Shown here in pieces: positions 31,384-42,361 of a stretch of DNA of 64,000 nucleotides. The position numbers and the translations under genes are program-made. Position 1 is the first letter of the stretch; each line of letters opens with the position of its first letter. The DNA is from Nitrospinae bacterium CG11_big_fil_rev_8_21_14_0_20_45_15 (lineage in GTDB: Bacteria > Nitrospinota > Nitrospinia > Nitrospinales > VA-1), in assembly GCA_002787235.1 (NCBI GenBank), contig PCWG01000035.1, positions 31,009-95,008 on the forward strand. Direction: 5' to 3'. Below the pieces are notes generated by a model. It was not told the DNA's origin. It did no database searches and was given only the letters and a program-made list of their open reading frames with translations.

Positions 31384-33084
31384 TTATCGAATGCGATTTA
31401 AAACAGCAAGCGTTTCGTAAAGTCGAGGCAAAACAAACAATCCTGTGTTGTAGGGCGCAATGGATGTCAATCCCGTATCTTCAATCTCATGAAAAATTTT
31501 TCGCAAACCGGCAACGTCGCTTAATTCGGAATCGTTTTGCAATTCGCGCAGTTTCCGTAGTACCCAACCGCAAATTATCAACTGCCCCTCTTCCTGCAAC
31601 TGTTCCAAACCTTGCGTGTCCACTTCATGATTACCCAGCGTGAGGAACGACAAACCGCGTGTTTGAATGACAACGTCTTTATTACCTCTGGAAAAATCGA
31701 TACGTTCTAAACCACGCCGCCTCTGAACGACCGTTGGGAATGGATGTGTGGTTTCCTTGACTCTTCTTCCCGGTTCTTTTTTGACGATCTCTTTTGCTTC
31801 TTCCGTTACCCATCTCGGTCTATAATTTTCCATCGCAATCACTTGCGTTGCGGGTTCAAAATAGTCGCCACAGCCTCCCATGACCAACAAAATTCCAAGA
31901 CCCAGTTTTTGGTGAATCTCTTCCACACGATCCAGAAAAGGCGTGATCGGTTCCATATCGGAACGGATCAAAGCCTGCATCCGTGCGTCGCGAATCATGA
32001 AGTTGGTCGCACAGGTGTCCTCATCCATCAATAAAAATTCCGAGCCCGATTCGATCGCTTCAATGATATTCACCGCTTGAGAAGTCGAGCCGCTGGCCGA
32101 ACGGGTAGTGAAATGCTGAGTGGAGGCCACCGAAGGCAATCTGCCCATAAAACCAGAAAGATCGATATCTTGTACCGGACGACCGTCTTCCGCGCGTATT
32201 TTAACCGCCGAGCTTACGGTTGCAATGCGTTCGCGTCCGTCCCCAGAAATATGTGGATGAATGGCCGACTGAATCGCATTCAGCAAAGCACTCTTGCCAT
32301 GAAATCCACCGCCTACGATCAAATGGATTCCCTTGGGAATCGGCATTCCTTCCACTCTCCCCGCATGAGGCAACTCCACACAAGCCGACATTCCCTGTGG
32401 AGCTTGAAAAAGAACCGCCTGTTCTTCCAAAGGCAAATCACTGTGTCCCGCCGCTCGCGGCAGTAACGATCCGTTGGCGACGAACGCTGACCAATCGTTT
32501 TCATGCAACAAGGTTTGCAATGCCATAAAATCTTCCAGCGTGGCAATGGACCTTTCGATGCAGGCGAAATCCAGCGCATCTGGAAGCAATGATTTTCCCC
32601 ATACAGGTTGAATGAATTCTTCAAACATTCGCAAACATTCCATTTCAAGAATCGACCTGCCACTTGCGGGCAGACCTGCAAAAAAAATCAAAGTTAAGCG
32701 TTGATCTTCAATCCTCGCGCCACTCCGGCAAAGAACCGCTTGTCCTACCGGTTGCACACCAATGACTCCACTTTTACCCGTTCCTTTGATCTTTAATGTG
32801 GAATTCCTGATATTGCGATTCAATTCGCGTAGCAAGAAATCCTCCAATGCCAGCTGTCTAACCGGTGTGTCAAAATAACATTCAGGAAAACCAACAGCAC
32901 CCAGATCCAATGACACCGAAAGCCGTGTCGGTTGCGCAAAAGGATCGCCTTGAACGTGTTCAAAACACACATCGAGAGGAGAAAATTTAAAAGCACTGCC
33001 CTGCAATTCTTTATAGGCCTTGTAACCTCGTCCCTTCAATCTTATGATGCGTTCCTTCAAAACAGAAGGCATTTGAATTTTCAT
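31384..33084 (-). CDS. Standalone ABC-class P-loop ATPase (ABC_ATPase / MRB1590-like family)
   Basis: Y..YK.L.G, HVQGDPFA.P, GGGFHGKS, GDGRE, IRAEDGR, ASGSTSQA, DEDTCATNFMIRD; ATG 33084 avoids the overlap with the upstream gene. Confidence 0.85.
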   Translation of the reverse strand: MKIQMPSVLKERIIRLKGRGYKAYKELQGSAFKFSPLDVCFEHVQGDPFAQPTRLSVSLDLGAVGFPECYFDTPVRQLALEDFLLRELNRNIRNSTLKIKGTGKSGVIGVQPVGQAVLCRSGARIEDQRLTLIFFAGLPASGRSILEMECLRMFEEFIQPVWGKSLLPDALDFACIERSIATLEDFMALQTLLHENDWSAFVANGSLLPRAAGHSDLPLEEQAVLFQAPQGMSACVELPHAGRVEGMPIPKGIHLIVGGGFHGKSALLNAIQSAIHPHISGDGRERIATVSSAVKIRAEDGRPVQDIDLSGFMGRLPSVASTQHFTTRSASGSTSQAVNIIEAIESGSEFLLMDEDTCATNFMIRDARMQALIRSDMEPITPFLDRVEEIHQKLGLGILLVMGGCGDYFEPATQVIAMENYRPRWVTEEAKEIVKKEPGRRVKETTHPFPTVVQRRRGLERIDFSRGNKDVVIQTRGLSFLTLGNHEVDTQGLEQLQEEGQLIICGWVLRKLRELQNDSELSDVAGLRKIFHEIEDTGLTSIAPYNTGLFVLPRLYETLAVLNRIR

Positions 33085-33094
33085 AAAATAACTT

Positions 33095-33952
33095 TCAATT
33101 TCGGGTAAATTTTCCTGCAAAACCGTCAGAAGACACACCCACCGGCAAATAGTTTCGGGCAATGTTCGCCATTCGATCCCGGTAAGAAAGAAGAATCGAT
33201 TCCTTATTCACCTCTGCCATGACTTTAGGGAGTTCTGTTTTTAAAGTGCGGTTGCCATCTTCCGTACCGTCACCTAAAATGAAGTGATCTAGTATCACCG
33301 CACCAACACCCTCACTGGCTAGAAGTTGAAAAAACAAGTCAGGATTTCTTAATGGGTACAGTGGCGATAAACACGCAACGGTGGCGATGCCCTGCTTGCT
33401 GAAAAGTACCAGGGCCTGCAATCTTTTGTCCAACGAACACGGCGGTGGGGGCAGTCCCGGTAAACTGTCCCGATCTCCTTCTATGGATATATGGATCCGC
33501 AGATTGCAAAGCCGAGATAATTTCAGAATGTATTCTGCATCATCAACAATCCTGTCTGTATGCGTTTGCAAAATCAAAACATCAGGGGGATCATCAATCA
33601 TAGCGAAAAGAAGCTTCTTCGTGACATGATATTTTTGCTCGGCCGGTTGCCAGGGGTCGGTTGAGCTTGATAAAAAAATAGAAAACGGGATTCCGCGTTT
33701 TTTCGCCCAGGCACGTTCTGCACTTGCAGTTTCCCGGTAAACCTCATCCGCGTTTACTTTCACATCTACAAAACGGCCCCATTCCCTGGACTGCATAATC
33801 CAGGGATTGAATTGGACGTAGCAGGCCACTCCGCATGACGATCGGCCAAATCCGCACCCGATATAGGGATTGAGAGAGTGAGAAACCACTTGCGCAAGAT
33901 ATCCGCCAGCACGTGTCAAAATAGACCGACAATGAATTTCTTTTATGATCAT
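33095..33952 (-). CDS. SplB-like (spore photoproduct lyase-related) radical SAM protein
   Basis: SLNPYIGC...CY, WGRFVDVKVNA, LSSSTDPWQPAE.KY.VT..LL. Confidence 0.8.
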   Translation of the reverse strand: MIIKEIHCRSILTRAGGYLAQVVSHSLNPYIGCGFGRSSCGVACYVQFNPWIMQSREWGRFVDVKVNADEVYRETASAERAWAKKRGIPFSIFLSSSTDPWQPAEQKYHVTKKLLFAMIDDPPDVLILQTHTDRIVDDAEYILKLSRLCNLRIHISIEGDRDSLPGLPPPPCSLDKRLQALVLFSKQGIATVACLSPLYPLRNPDLFFQLLASEGVGAVILDHFILGDGTEDGNRTLKTELPKVMAEVNKESILLSYRDRMANIARNYLPVGVSSDGFAGKFTRN

Positions 33953-34039
33953 ATAAACTCAAGTCGAATTAAAGTTTCCGAACCTGCTACAATACCCTGC
34001 CCATTATTATAAGACATACAAAAGGTTGGAAAACATTCT

Positions 34040-35620
34040 ATGTTTTTAAATGACGATAATAAAAGACTGTTTCAAATCGTTGGTTTTTTCGTTTTGCTAT
34101 TCGCACTCGGTTGGGAATTGGAAATCAACGTACCCAGTGATGTCTCCACAGGTGTTCTGTATCTTGCCCTTGCAGGGTTTGCTTATCAAACCCGCAATAG
34201 AAACTATATCCTCACCGCCGCCGCCATGGCGATCAGTCTGGAATTTATCGGATATTTTAAATCACCGCAACAGTCCACCTCCGAATACGCATTGGCCAGC
34301 CTGATCATCGCAATATGTATCATTACAATCACCACGCAACTTTTCCTGAAACGAAACCAGTCAGAGAAAGAACTCCATGCGATCCAGGAACATTTGCACA
34401 TAAAACAAATTGCTCTGAATTTGGCGAATACCGCCTACAAGCGTGAAACCACATTTGTACAACTCCACAAAGATATTGCCGTTGCCGCTAACGAAGCTGG
34501 AAATATTGAGGAAACTCTGAAACTCTGTCTCAAGCGGATATGCCATCACACCGGCTGGCCTGTGGGGCACCTTTATTTACCCGAAAGTAGAAACTCCAGT
34601 TATCTTCTCCCCACGACCATCTGGTATCTGGAACATCCAGAATCATTCAAGAATTTTAAGGAAATTTCTGAGACCACCGCTATGGCTCCCGGTGAGGGTT
34701 TACCGGGAAGAGTTTTGAAAAGTGGAAAACCCGAATGGATCATCGATGTGGGCGCAGACCCTAATTTCCCAAGATCTCGCTTGGCCAAAGACATCAATGT
34801 CAAGGCGGGATTTGCATTCCCCATTTTTATTGGGGAGGAAATTGCCGGAGTTATGGAGTTTTTTTCTTCCCAGGCTGTGGAACCCAATCCGCAACTTCTA
34901 GACATCATGTCTCAAATTGGTGCCCAGTTGGGGCGCATATTCGAACGCAAATATGCGGAAGAGGAAATCAATGATTCTCAGGAAAAATTACGCAATTTAT
35001 ACCATCGCCTGCAATCGGTACGCGAAGAAGAGAGAACCCGCATCGCCAGAGAAGTACATGATGAGCTTGCCCAAATTTTAACCGCAATAAAATTCAAGGC
35101 AACTCTTCTTGAAAAAAAGCTAGTCACTATTGAACCCGATTTGACAAAATACACGCAGGCAATTACCAACCTTGTCTCAGAAAATATAAAGATTGTAAAA
35201 AAAATCGTCATGGACCTCCGCCCACCAATTTTGGACGATTTTGGAATTTCTGAAGCCATTGAATGGCAAATCAATGAGTTTGCCACCAACTCGGGTATCG
35301 AATGCTCCTATATTCTAAAATCAAAAACAGACCAATGGGATAAAGAAAAAGCAACCGCCCTCTTCAGAATCTTTCAGGAAGCATTGACGAATGTCGCCCG
35401 TCACTCACAAGCAAAAAATTTACAGGTTGAACTTGAACAAAAAAATGGTATTTTTAAATTGACCCTCAAGGACGATGGCATAGGCATAACTACCCATCAA
35501 ATCACCGATCCAACATCGCTGGGCATTCTGGGTATGCGAGAACGTGCGACCCCCTGGTGCGGGAATATAAACTTTGAATCAGCCGCTGGTGAAGGCACTT
35601 TAGTAACGATAGTTCTTTAA
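34040..35620 (+). CDS. Membrane GAF-domain sensor histidine kinase (HisKA_3, NarX/UhpB type)
   Basis: N-terminal TMs; GAF (GEGLPGRV...FAFPI); EERTRIAREVHDELAQ, LRPPILDDFG, QEALTNVARHS, DDGIG. Confidence 0.92.
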   Translation: MFLNDDNKRLFQIVGFFVLLFALGWELEINVPSDVSTGVLYLALAGFAYQTRNRNYILTAAAMAISLEFIGYFKSPQQSTSEYALASLIIAICIITITTQLFLKRNQSEKELHAIQEHLHIKQIALNLANTAYKRETTFVQLHKDIAVAANEAGNIEETLKLCLKRICHHTGWPVGHLYLPESRNSSYLLPTTIWYLEHPESFKNFKEISETTAMAPGEGLPGRVLKSGKPEWIIDVGADPNFPRSRLAKDINVKAGFAFPIFIGEEIAGVMEFFSSQAVEPNPQLLDIMSQIGAQLGRIFERKYAEEEINDSQEKLRNLYHRLQSVREEERTRIAREVHDELAQILTAIKFKATLLEKKLVTIEPDLTKYTQAITNLVSENIKIVKKIVMDLRPPILDDFGISEAIEWQINEFATNSGIECSYILKSKTDQWDKEKATALFRIFQEALTNVARHSQAKNLQVELEQKNGIFKLTLKDDGIGITTHQITDPTSLGILGMRERATPWCGNINFESAAGEGTLVTIVL

Positions 35621-35700
35621 ATCCCTCAGTGTGCACAGTGCATCCCTACTTGGGAAAAGTCTAACAATAATTTTTGCAAATCAACCAACACAACTCAATT

Positions 35701-36354
35701 ATGAAGACGGCAACAAACACATCCGAAAAAATTGAAATCCTCATTGGCGACGACCATCCACTCTTTAGAGAAGGTCTGTGTCATGCCTTTGCGGAAACCT
35801 CAGATATTATTGTCAAAGCTTCCGCCAAGAACGGCAACGAGCTGATTGATTTAGTCCATCATAATTCCTACGATTTGGTCCTGCTCGATCTGAGCATGCC
35901 TGGAAAAAGCGGATTGGAAGTATTAAAACAATTGAAAAGTGAGAACCCTGATTTACCGGTTCTCGTACTAAGCATGCACCCCGAAGATCAATACGCCGTT
36001 CGTGTTATCAAGGCTGGAGCATCAGGCTACATCACCAAGGACAGCGATGTAGATATTCTTATGAACGCCATAAGAAAGGTAGCCAAAGGCGGGAAATATG
36101 CCAGTCCAGAGATCACAGAAAAGCTGGCCTTTGGTTTTCTTGATCCCAGCCACGCCCCTCATGAAAACCTTTCAGACCGGGAGTATCAGGTGTTTTGCAT
36201 GATCGCAAAAGGTCAATCCTTGACTGAAATTGGCAATGAACTTTCTCTCAGCGTCAAGACCATCAGCACGCATCGTTCGCGCATACTGGAAAAGATGAAT
36301 CTCAAGAAAAATGCAGAACTCATCCATTACGCCATCAATAACGAACTCATCTAG
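35701..36354 (+). CDS. NarL/LuxR-family (UvrY-like) response regulator
   Basis: DDHPLFREG, LDLSMPG, GASGYITK, LSDRE..V, LSVKTISTHR. Confidence 0.92.
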   Translation: MKTATNTSEKIEILIGDDHPLFREGLCHAFAETSDIIVKASAKNGNELIDLVHHNSYDLVLLDLSMPGKSGLEVLKQLKSENPDLPVLVLSMHPEDQYAVRVIKAGASGYITKDSDVDILMNAIRKVAKGGKYASPEITEKLAFGFLDPSHAPHENLSDREYQVFCMIAKGQSLTEIGNELSLSVKTISTHRSRILEKMNLKKNAELIHYAINNELI

Positions 36355-36568
36355 CCCCTCCTATTCAATACTATAAACATCTAAAACTGGATAGGAAAAA
36401 TACCTACCCGAAACAAGAAAACGATTTAAAAAAATAAATCCTTCCGCTGATACCATTTCCCCACACGAAAGACTAGACTTCCCAGAATATAGCGTTTTTC
36501 CAGTTCCAGAAAATGCGTTGTTATGTGTTTCTCTGGTACTTAATTTGAGTACTCTTTTGGGGGTTTAA

Positions 36569-36964
36569 ATGCATCGCAAGACAACTGGCACGATTGCGGC
36601 TCTTTTTCTTTTTGGCGTTCTGGCTTTTTTTTCTGACACCAAAGATTTGTTAGCGGGTGATCTCGAAACTATGCAAACCGTTTCACTCATCCACTCAGAC
36701 ACACCCGTTTCTCTAACATTGTCGCCCACGTCGGAAATCAACATTCGAAATGATTACCCGACGCATCTCGTCAATGTAAAAATCATTGATAAGGCAACGC
36801 AAAAAAAAATATTGACGATTAAGGTATTTCCTGCAGGAGAGAGTATCAGTCTGTCTTTTGGTAAAGCTGGAGTTTATGGCGTTTGTTATCTCGTTGGTAA
36901 TAAGGATTCAAAAGGCATAGATCATTGTATAAATCTGAATTTAGTGAAAGCACGAGAAGTTTGA
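36569..36964 (+). CDS. Exported hypothetical protein, possible cupredoxin-like beta sandwich
   Basis: Signal peptide; PAGES.SLSF.KAG.Y..C pattern; fold call is weak. Confidence 0.6.
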   Translation: MHRKTTGTIAALFLFGVLAFFSDTKDLLAGDLETMQTVSLIHSDTPVSLTLSPTSEINIRNDYPTHLVNVKIIDKATQKKILTIKVFPAGESISLSFGKAGVYGVCYLVGNKDSKGIDHCINLNLVKAREV

Positions 36965-37067
36965 TCTTATTTATTTAGGAAGCTCCATTTGTTTTTTTAC
37001 GAACCCAGACTTGAGTTCGGGGTTCAAATTTAATTCTGTACCTTTAAACTTTTAAAAGGAGAGAACA

Positions 37068-37508
37068 ATGAAAAAAGTATTTGTTATTGCTACCGCACTT
37101 TTGATTGGTTACGCATCCAGTGCTTCTGCGCAAGAAATTGCCAATGGCCAAACTGCATCCTGCAACGATGCAAAATCCATTGAAATTTCTGTAGCGAAAA
37201 TTGCTAACACATCCAACGATAAATTCGGCTACACCAGCAATGATCGTGGAACGGGCAATGTAAGCGTTTGGAAATCTTCAAACTTCACGACGGTTCCGAT
37301 TTCTTTGGGCCCGAACGACAGCAACCATACTTTGGTTGAGACCGATCATGGTTTGACCGGTATTGGTGTTCGTGGAACATACGGCGCGTCCAAAGTTGTA
37401 TTGCAACAACAAAACGCATTCAGCCGAGGTGATTCTATCGGCGACATCAGCGGTTTGGTAAAAATCACCAACATTGGCACCAACCCTGTAAGCGTTAACT
37501 GCATGTAA
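37068..37508 (+). CDS. Exported hypothetical beta-rich protein
   Basis: AAGGAG RBS, signal peptide (ASA-Q), G/S/T/N-rich, one Cys near each end of the mature chain. Confidence 0.75.
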   Translation: MKKVFVIATALLIGYASSASAQEIANGQTASCNDAKSIEISVAKIANTSNDKFGYTSNDRGTGNVSVWKSSNFTTVPISLGPNDSNHTLVETDHGLTGIGVRGTYGASKVVLQQQNAFSRGDSIGDISGLVKITNIGTNPVSVNCM

Positions 37509-37557
37509 TTTAGGTTTGCCCGGCGTATGCTGAGATATCAAACCTCAGTCATTCATT

Positions 37558-37595
37558 AAACAGCCGATCCTTTCGAGGGTCGGCTGTTTTTTTTT
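37558..37595 (+). terminator. Intrinsic terminator
   Basis: CAGCCGATCCT-TTCG-AGGGTCGGCTG stem with UUCG loop followed by T9. Confidence 0.9.
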
Positions 37596-37754
37596 CTTTA
37601 TCAGCGAAGCATTCTCCATATCTCTCGGCAATCCATAATTGTTTTTCAGCTCCCTTTTAAAAATTTTGATAATCTATCGCTTCTAGTATAAAGTCGCTTA
37701 TCGAGATTTCGTAGCCATAGCTTGCCATTCATAAATCTTTCAAATATTTCCATC

Positions 37755-39173
37755 ATGACATTGCCCGTAAAAGTTAGATTTGCGCCCAGTCCCACAGGTT
37801 ACTTGCATATTGGCGGAGTACGAACTGCCTTATTCAACTGGTTGTTTGCACGCAATATGGGGGGGACATTTGTTCTTCGCATTGAAGACACCGACGTTTC
37901 CCGCTCCACAGAGGAATCCATTCAGGAAATCATCTCAGCAATGAAATGGCTGGGGCTGGACTGGGATGAGGGACCTTACCGCCAAATGGAACGCAGGGAA
38001 GTCTACGACCGGGCCGTTGAAAAATTGATCAAAGAGGGCAACGCCTATCGATGTTATTGCTCGGCTGAAACTCTGGATGCCAAACGTAAAGAAGCTCTCG
38101 AACGTAAAGGCAAACCCAAATACGATGGCACCTGCCGAAACCTGACAGGTACTTCCGACGCTCCCCATGTTGTTCGCTTCAAGGCCCCGGCCGAGGGCAC
38201 CGTAACGGTGAAAGACCTTTTGCGTGGCAATGTCACTTTTGACAACGAGGAACTAGACGATTTTATAATACAAAGAACCGATGGAACTCCCACTTACAAT
38301 TTTGTTGTGGTGGTCGACGATGCCGATATGGGGATCACGCATGTCATCCGCGGTGACGATCATCTTTCGAACACACCCCGGCAAGCCTTGATGTACGATG
38401 CCTTGGGCTATCCCCGCCCCCAGTTTGCACATATTTCCATGATACTGGGATCAGACAAAACAAGACTCAGCAAACGTCACGGTGCCACCTCCACCCTCGC
38501 CTACCGCGATATGGGCTACCTGCCCGATGCCTTGATCAATTACCTGGCCCGGCTGGGATGGTCGCATGGCGATCAGGAAATTTTTACACGAGAAGAAATG
38601 ATCCGGTTTTTCAACTTCGACTCCGTCAGCGTTTCAGCCGCCGTATTCAATCCTGAAAAACTGTTGTGGCTCAACCATCAGTACATACAAGCCGCATCTC
38701 TGGAAACATTGGCTTCCCTGCTTGAGAACCTTTTGATTCACGAAAAAATTCTTCCTGAAAATCATGAGATGACACCGGAAGAAATCGCGCGTCCCATCCC
38801 TATTCTGAAAGAACGTTCCCAAACGATCAAGGAGATGGCTGATAAAGCAGAATTTTATTTCAGAGAAAATATTACAATCGACGAAACGGCGGGCAAAAAG
38901 TTTTTAACGCAATCCGCAAACCCCTTGCTGGAAGAGTTGGTCAATGGTTTGCGTGATCTGAGCGATATCACTGAAGAAACGCTTGAAAAACTATTCAAGG
39001 AAATCGTCGAGAAAGCAGATATCAAACTGGGGAAACTGGCTCAACCTGTGCGCGTCGCCTTGACCGGACAAACAGCAAGCCCAGGAATTTACGATGTTAT
39101 CCTTCTGCTTGGAAAAGAACGCACTTTGAAACGATTGTCCGACGCTATCAGCTATTCAACAATCAACCCTTAG
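37755..39173 (+). CDS. gltX: Glutamate-tRNA ligase
   Basis: [37 protein letters not shown]; ATG 37755. Confidence 0.97.
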   Translation: MTLPVKVRFAPSPTGYLHIGGVRTALFNWLFARNMGGTFVLRIEDTDVSRSTEESIQEIISAMKWLGLDWDEGPYRQMERREVYDRAVEKLIKEGNAYRCYCSAETLDAKRKEALERKGKPKYDGTCRNLTGTSDAPHVVRFKAPAEGTVTVKDLLRGNVTFDNEELDDFIIQRTDGTPTYNFVVVVDDADMGITHVIRGDDHLSNTPRQALMYDALGYPRPQFAHISMILGSDKTRLSKRHGATSTLAYRDMGYLPDALINYLARLGWSHGDQEIFTREEMIRFFNFDSVSVSAAVFNPEKLLWLNHQYIQAASLETLASLLENLLIHEKILPENHEMTPEEIARPIPILKERSQTIKEMADKAEFYFRENITIDETAGKKFLTQSANPLLEELVNGLRDLSDITEETLEKLFKEIVEKADIKLGKLAQPVRVALTGQTASPGIYDVILLLGKERTLKRLSDAISYSTINP

Positions 39174-41169
39174 TCGGTTGTTTGTTTGCCAGCTCCGCCA
39201 CATCGGCGACAACCACTTTTCCAGTCAACCCTTTGGACTTGACGGCGTCCTCCAGCATCAACACGCAAAAAGGACAGGACACCGCAATCGTATCCGGTTT
39301 TGCTTGCATGAGTTCGTCCAGTCGTTGATGACTCATTGGCGAACCTGAGGTCTCCTCCATCAGGAATCGTGCGCCTCCTGCACCACAACAGGTTCCACGC
39401 TCCTTCTGATGTTCAATTTCCACAAGATCATTTTCAGATATCACCGCACGGGGCGAATCATAGATTTCGTTGTGCCGCCCAAGATAACAGGCATCGTGAA
39501 AAACGACTTTACCCTCTTCTGCATTGGGTGACAGACGCCCTTCTTTCATCAATTGTTCCAGTAATTCAGAATGATGCAATACCTCCAGATGCACTCCGAA
39601 GTCCGGGTATTCATTTTTCAGGGAATTGAAACAATGCGGACAATGGGTGACGACTTTTACAATCCCCAGGTTCAGAAAAGTCTCAGCGTTTTTTGAAGCC
39701 AGCATGTCGAATAAATATTCGTTTCCTGCCCTGCGGGCAGGGTCTCCCGTGCATCCCTCTTTCCGTCCCAGAATCGAAAAGTCAACGCCTGCGGAAGTCA
39801 AAAGTTCTACCACCGAACGGGCAATCTTTTGACCACGCTTATCAAAGGCCCCATTGCATCCGACAAAATACAAGTATTCGCTCGGCGCGTCCTTGTTCCA
39901 GCGTTTGAGTTCCAGTCCTTCTGCCCAGTCCTCGCGTGTGTCACAACCAAATCCCCAGGGATTGCTGTTCACTTCCAGTGACTTGAAACTCGCGGTGAGT
40001 TCTTTGGGATAACGGTCTTCATTCAAAACCAGCCCGCGTCGCATCTCTATAATTTTTGGAACGTACTCGATACCGACCGGACATTCTTCTTCACAAGCAC
40101 CGCAAGTCGTGCAAGACCAAAGTGTTTCTTCCGATATGACATCCCCAAGCAACACAGACCCTTCGCCCTCTCGAACCTGGCCCTTGAGTAAAAAAGGCGT
40201 TTCTCTTTTAATAAAATCTCTGATTCCAACGGTGAACAATTTTGGAGACAGCGGTTTTCCACTGTTCAAAGCGGGGCAGACATTGTCACAGCGACCGCAT
40301 TCGGTGCAAGAATAAAAATCCAGAATCGATTTCCATGAAAAATCCAGGGCTTGCACCGTTCCAAAAGCTTCTAAGCTTTCATCTTCAAAATCAATTCGGG
40401 ACAATCGTTTGCCTTTCGCAGGCAGATCTGAAAAAAATAAATTCGGCAAAGCGGTGAGGATATGAAAATGTTTGCCTCGGGGAAGAATCGAAACGAAAAG
40501 CAATATGCATGAAACATGTGTCCAGTAAGCGAAGTTATGCAAATGAACAATCCACTCACCGTTTCCAAGAACGGGGGACACTGTCATCCCCAATGGGACA
40601 AACCAGGAGCCAGCAGAAGGGTTCAAAGCAATCCATGCGGAATCAAAAAACACATCGCTGAACATGATCGCCAGAATAAGACCCAGAATAACGATCCCTT
40701 CCCGCGACAAGGTCAAACGAGAGGGACGAATCACCAGTCGGCGAAATAATCCAAAAAGAACCGCAAGTGTGACGCCCAAAACAGCCGCGTCTTTAATGAG
40801 GCTATAACCTTTTTCCAGCCATTCCAGCCCTCCCACAGAAAAATTTTGCGCTGGGAAAAAACCGATCGCAAAAAAATATCCGGCACGCAACAAAAGAATC
40901 AGGAAGCCCCAAAATATGCAAGCATGCATCCAACCGGCAGAAGAATTTTTGAAAAGTTTTTTTTGCCCAAACCCCAAAAGAAGCAAATTTCTCAATCTCT
41001 TACCTAAGGAGGTCCTTGGGACCGTGGGTTGCGCAGACCGAAGAATTTTCCATTTGGGTGCGACCGATTGTGCAAAAATAACAAACGATATTGTCGTTAA
41101 CGTGAGCAATGCCCATGGCTGGATTTCTAATGGAATCCACTCCATAGCTCGGTTTAAAGAATTTTCCAT
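39163..41169 (-). CDS. Membrane-bound Fe-S oxidoreductase, FadF/HdrD-GlpC family
   Basis: N-terminal TM domain with conserved His; [12 protein letters not shown] and [12 protein letters not shown]; two CCG-type domains (GCTG..CPHC; HDAC..CCGAGG..CPFC). Confidence 0.88.
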   Translation of the reverse strand: MENSLNRAMEWIPLEIQPWALLTLTTISFVIFAQSVAPKWKILRSAQPTVPRTSLGKRLRNLLLLGFGQKKLFKNSSAGWMHACIFWGFLILLLRAGYFFAIGFFPAQNFSVGGLEWLEKGYSLIKDAAVLGVTLAVLFGLFRRLVIRPSRLTLSREGIVILGLILAIMFSDVFFDSAWIALNPSAGSWFVPLGMTVSPVLGNGEWIVHLHNFAYWTHVSCILLFVSILPRGKHFHILTALPNLFFSDLPAKGKRLSRIDFEDESLEAFGTVQALDFSWKSILDFYSCTECGRCDNVCPALNSGKPLSPKLFTVGIRDFIKRETPFLLKGQVREGEGSVLLGDVISEETLWSCTTCGACEEECPVGIEYVPKIIEMRRGLVLNEDRYPKELTASFKSLEVNSNPWGFGCDTREDWAEGLELKRWNKDAPSEYLYFVGCNGAFDKRGQKIARSVVELLTSAGVDFSILGRKEGCTGDPARRAGNEYLFDMLASKNAETFLNLGIVKVVTHCPHCFNSLKNEYPDFGVHLEVLHHSELLEQLMKEGRLSPNAEEGKVVFHDACYLGRHNEIYDSPRAVISENDLVEIEHQKERGTCCGAGGARFLMEETSGSPMSHQRLDELMQAKPDTIAVSCPFCVLMLEDAVKSKGLTGKVVVADVAELANKQPTKG

Positions 41170-41409
41170 AAGTAAGTATAATTAAGATCTCGAAAACTGA
41201 AATAAAGTGATTCCCATTCACAATACAGTTTTATAGGATTCTGTTGAATTTTTAAACTCTTGTGATATCATTAACGCAAGATAACACTGAGACATAGGGA
41301 ATTCTTTTCAATGGTTTACTGAAGCTTTAATCTATTCAGTGATCCTCGACAGTTCTCCTTGCCTGAAAAACTCGCAACCCTTGTCCTGATTTATAAGGAT
41401 TCTTAATTC

Positions 41410-42345
41410 GTGGCCAACCAATTTTTTTATCCTACGCTGAGATTCGCTTTTATGGGAATGGTGTTTTGGGGAATGACATTACCCACCCTATCCCAAGCCA
41501 TCCCGATGGGAAGCCCCAATGATAAAAATCAGGCCCGGGTTACAGGAGACTGGATGTTTCACCCCAGTGGGGAACAAGTCCATCCTTCCCATTACCCAAA
41601 TTCGGGTGTCGATGGGCTGAATTCTTTTTCGGAATCAAAAAATCTGGCCAAGAGCGCTAACAATGATTTGAAGATCAACGAACCGCATCCCATACCTCAG
41701 TTTATTGAGAGTATGTCCATCTCTGATAAATTTCCGGCTCTCTATCTTGATATTTTAAATACCCCGCCAGTCGATTATTTGCAAAGTAAAATATTTGATG
41801 ACGATGCGTTTAGAAAAATAAAGAGAATACGAGTTTATGATTTCGAAAATAAAACAACGGAACCCTTTCAAAGTGCTGATGCAGGTCAAGAAGTCGCTCG
41901 AAAAATCTCGGAAGAGTTGAAAAACATCTCAACATACACCATAATTCATCCTGCAGAAAACAAGTCGGATCTCAAACTACAGATTTTCGCTCCACACAAT
42001 GGAACCGATACAAACAATGCACAGCAGAATACATCGGCATCTCCTTTTGCAGAGGATGCTCAACAAGCCGATGCCGTGTTGATTGGAGCTGTAACAAAAT
42101 ATTCAGATACTTACATTAACGAACAGGGAATTAGAGAACCTAGCTTTGCAAGTGTTCTTGAGTTTGGTGCATACCTTGTTCAACCCAAAACTGGCAAAGT
42201 CATTTGGGGCGCGCGTTATGTCAATAAAAATGGCGGGGCATCCTCGGGCTGGGTTCGTTTTAAAAATGATTTGAGTAAAGAAGAGCATTCTCAATTGGCA
42301 ATAAAAACCTTGCGCAAAGCACTCAAACCGAAATCATCTCCCTAA
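41410..42345 (+). CDS. Exported hypothetical protein with CsgG/LpoB/TolB-N-like alpha/beta domain
   Basis: Signal peptide; I.VYDFEN.T, ADAVLIGAV, AYLV..KTGKVIW pattern. Confidence 0.55.
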   Translation: MANQFFYPTLRFAFMGMVFWGMTLPTLSQAIPMGSPNDKNQARVTGDWMFHPSGEQVHPSHYPNSGVDGLNSFSESKNLAKSANNDLKINEPHPIPQFIESMSISDKFPALYLDILNTPPVDYLQSKIFDDDAFRKIKRIRVYDFENKTTEPFQSADAGQEVARKISEELKNISTYTIIHPAENKSDLKLQIFAPHNGTDTNNAQQNTSASPFAEDAQQADAVLIGAVTKYSDTYINEQGIREPSFASVLEFGAYLVQPKTGKVIWGARYVNKNGGASSGWVRFKNDLSKEEHSQLAIKTLRKALKPKSSP

Positions 42346-42361
42346 TTTTTCAAAGACCTAA

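Noticed and set aside
33085-33162. Long overlap between the ATPase ORF and the radical SAM gene
   Set aside because: Artefact of longest-ORF calling; ATG at 33084 or 33072 removes it. Similar over-extensions were trimmed for DsbA, the OmpR regulator, gltX, the ModF-like gene and the DHS-like gene
39163-39173. 11-nt 3' overlap of convergent gltX and the Fe-S oxidoreductase
   Set aside because: Short convergent overlaps are common in compact genomes
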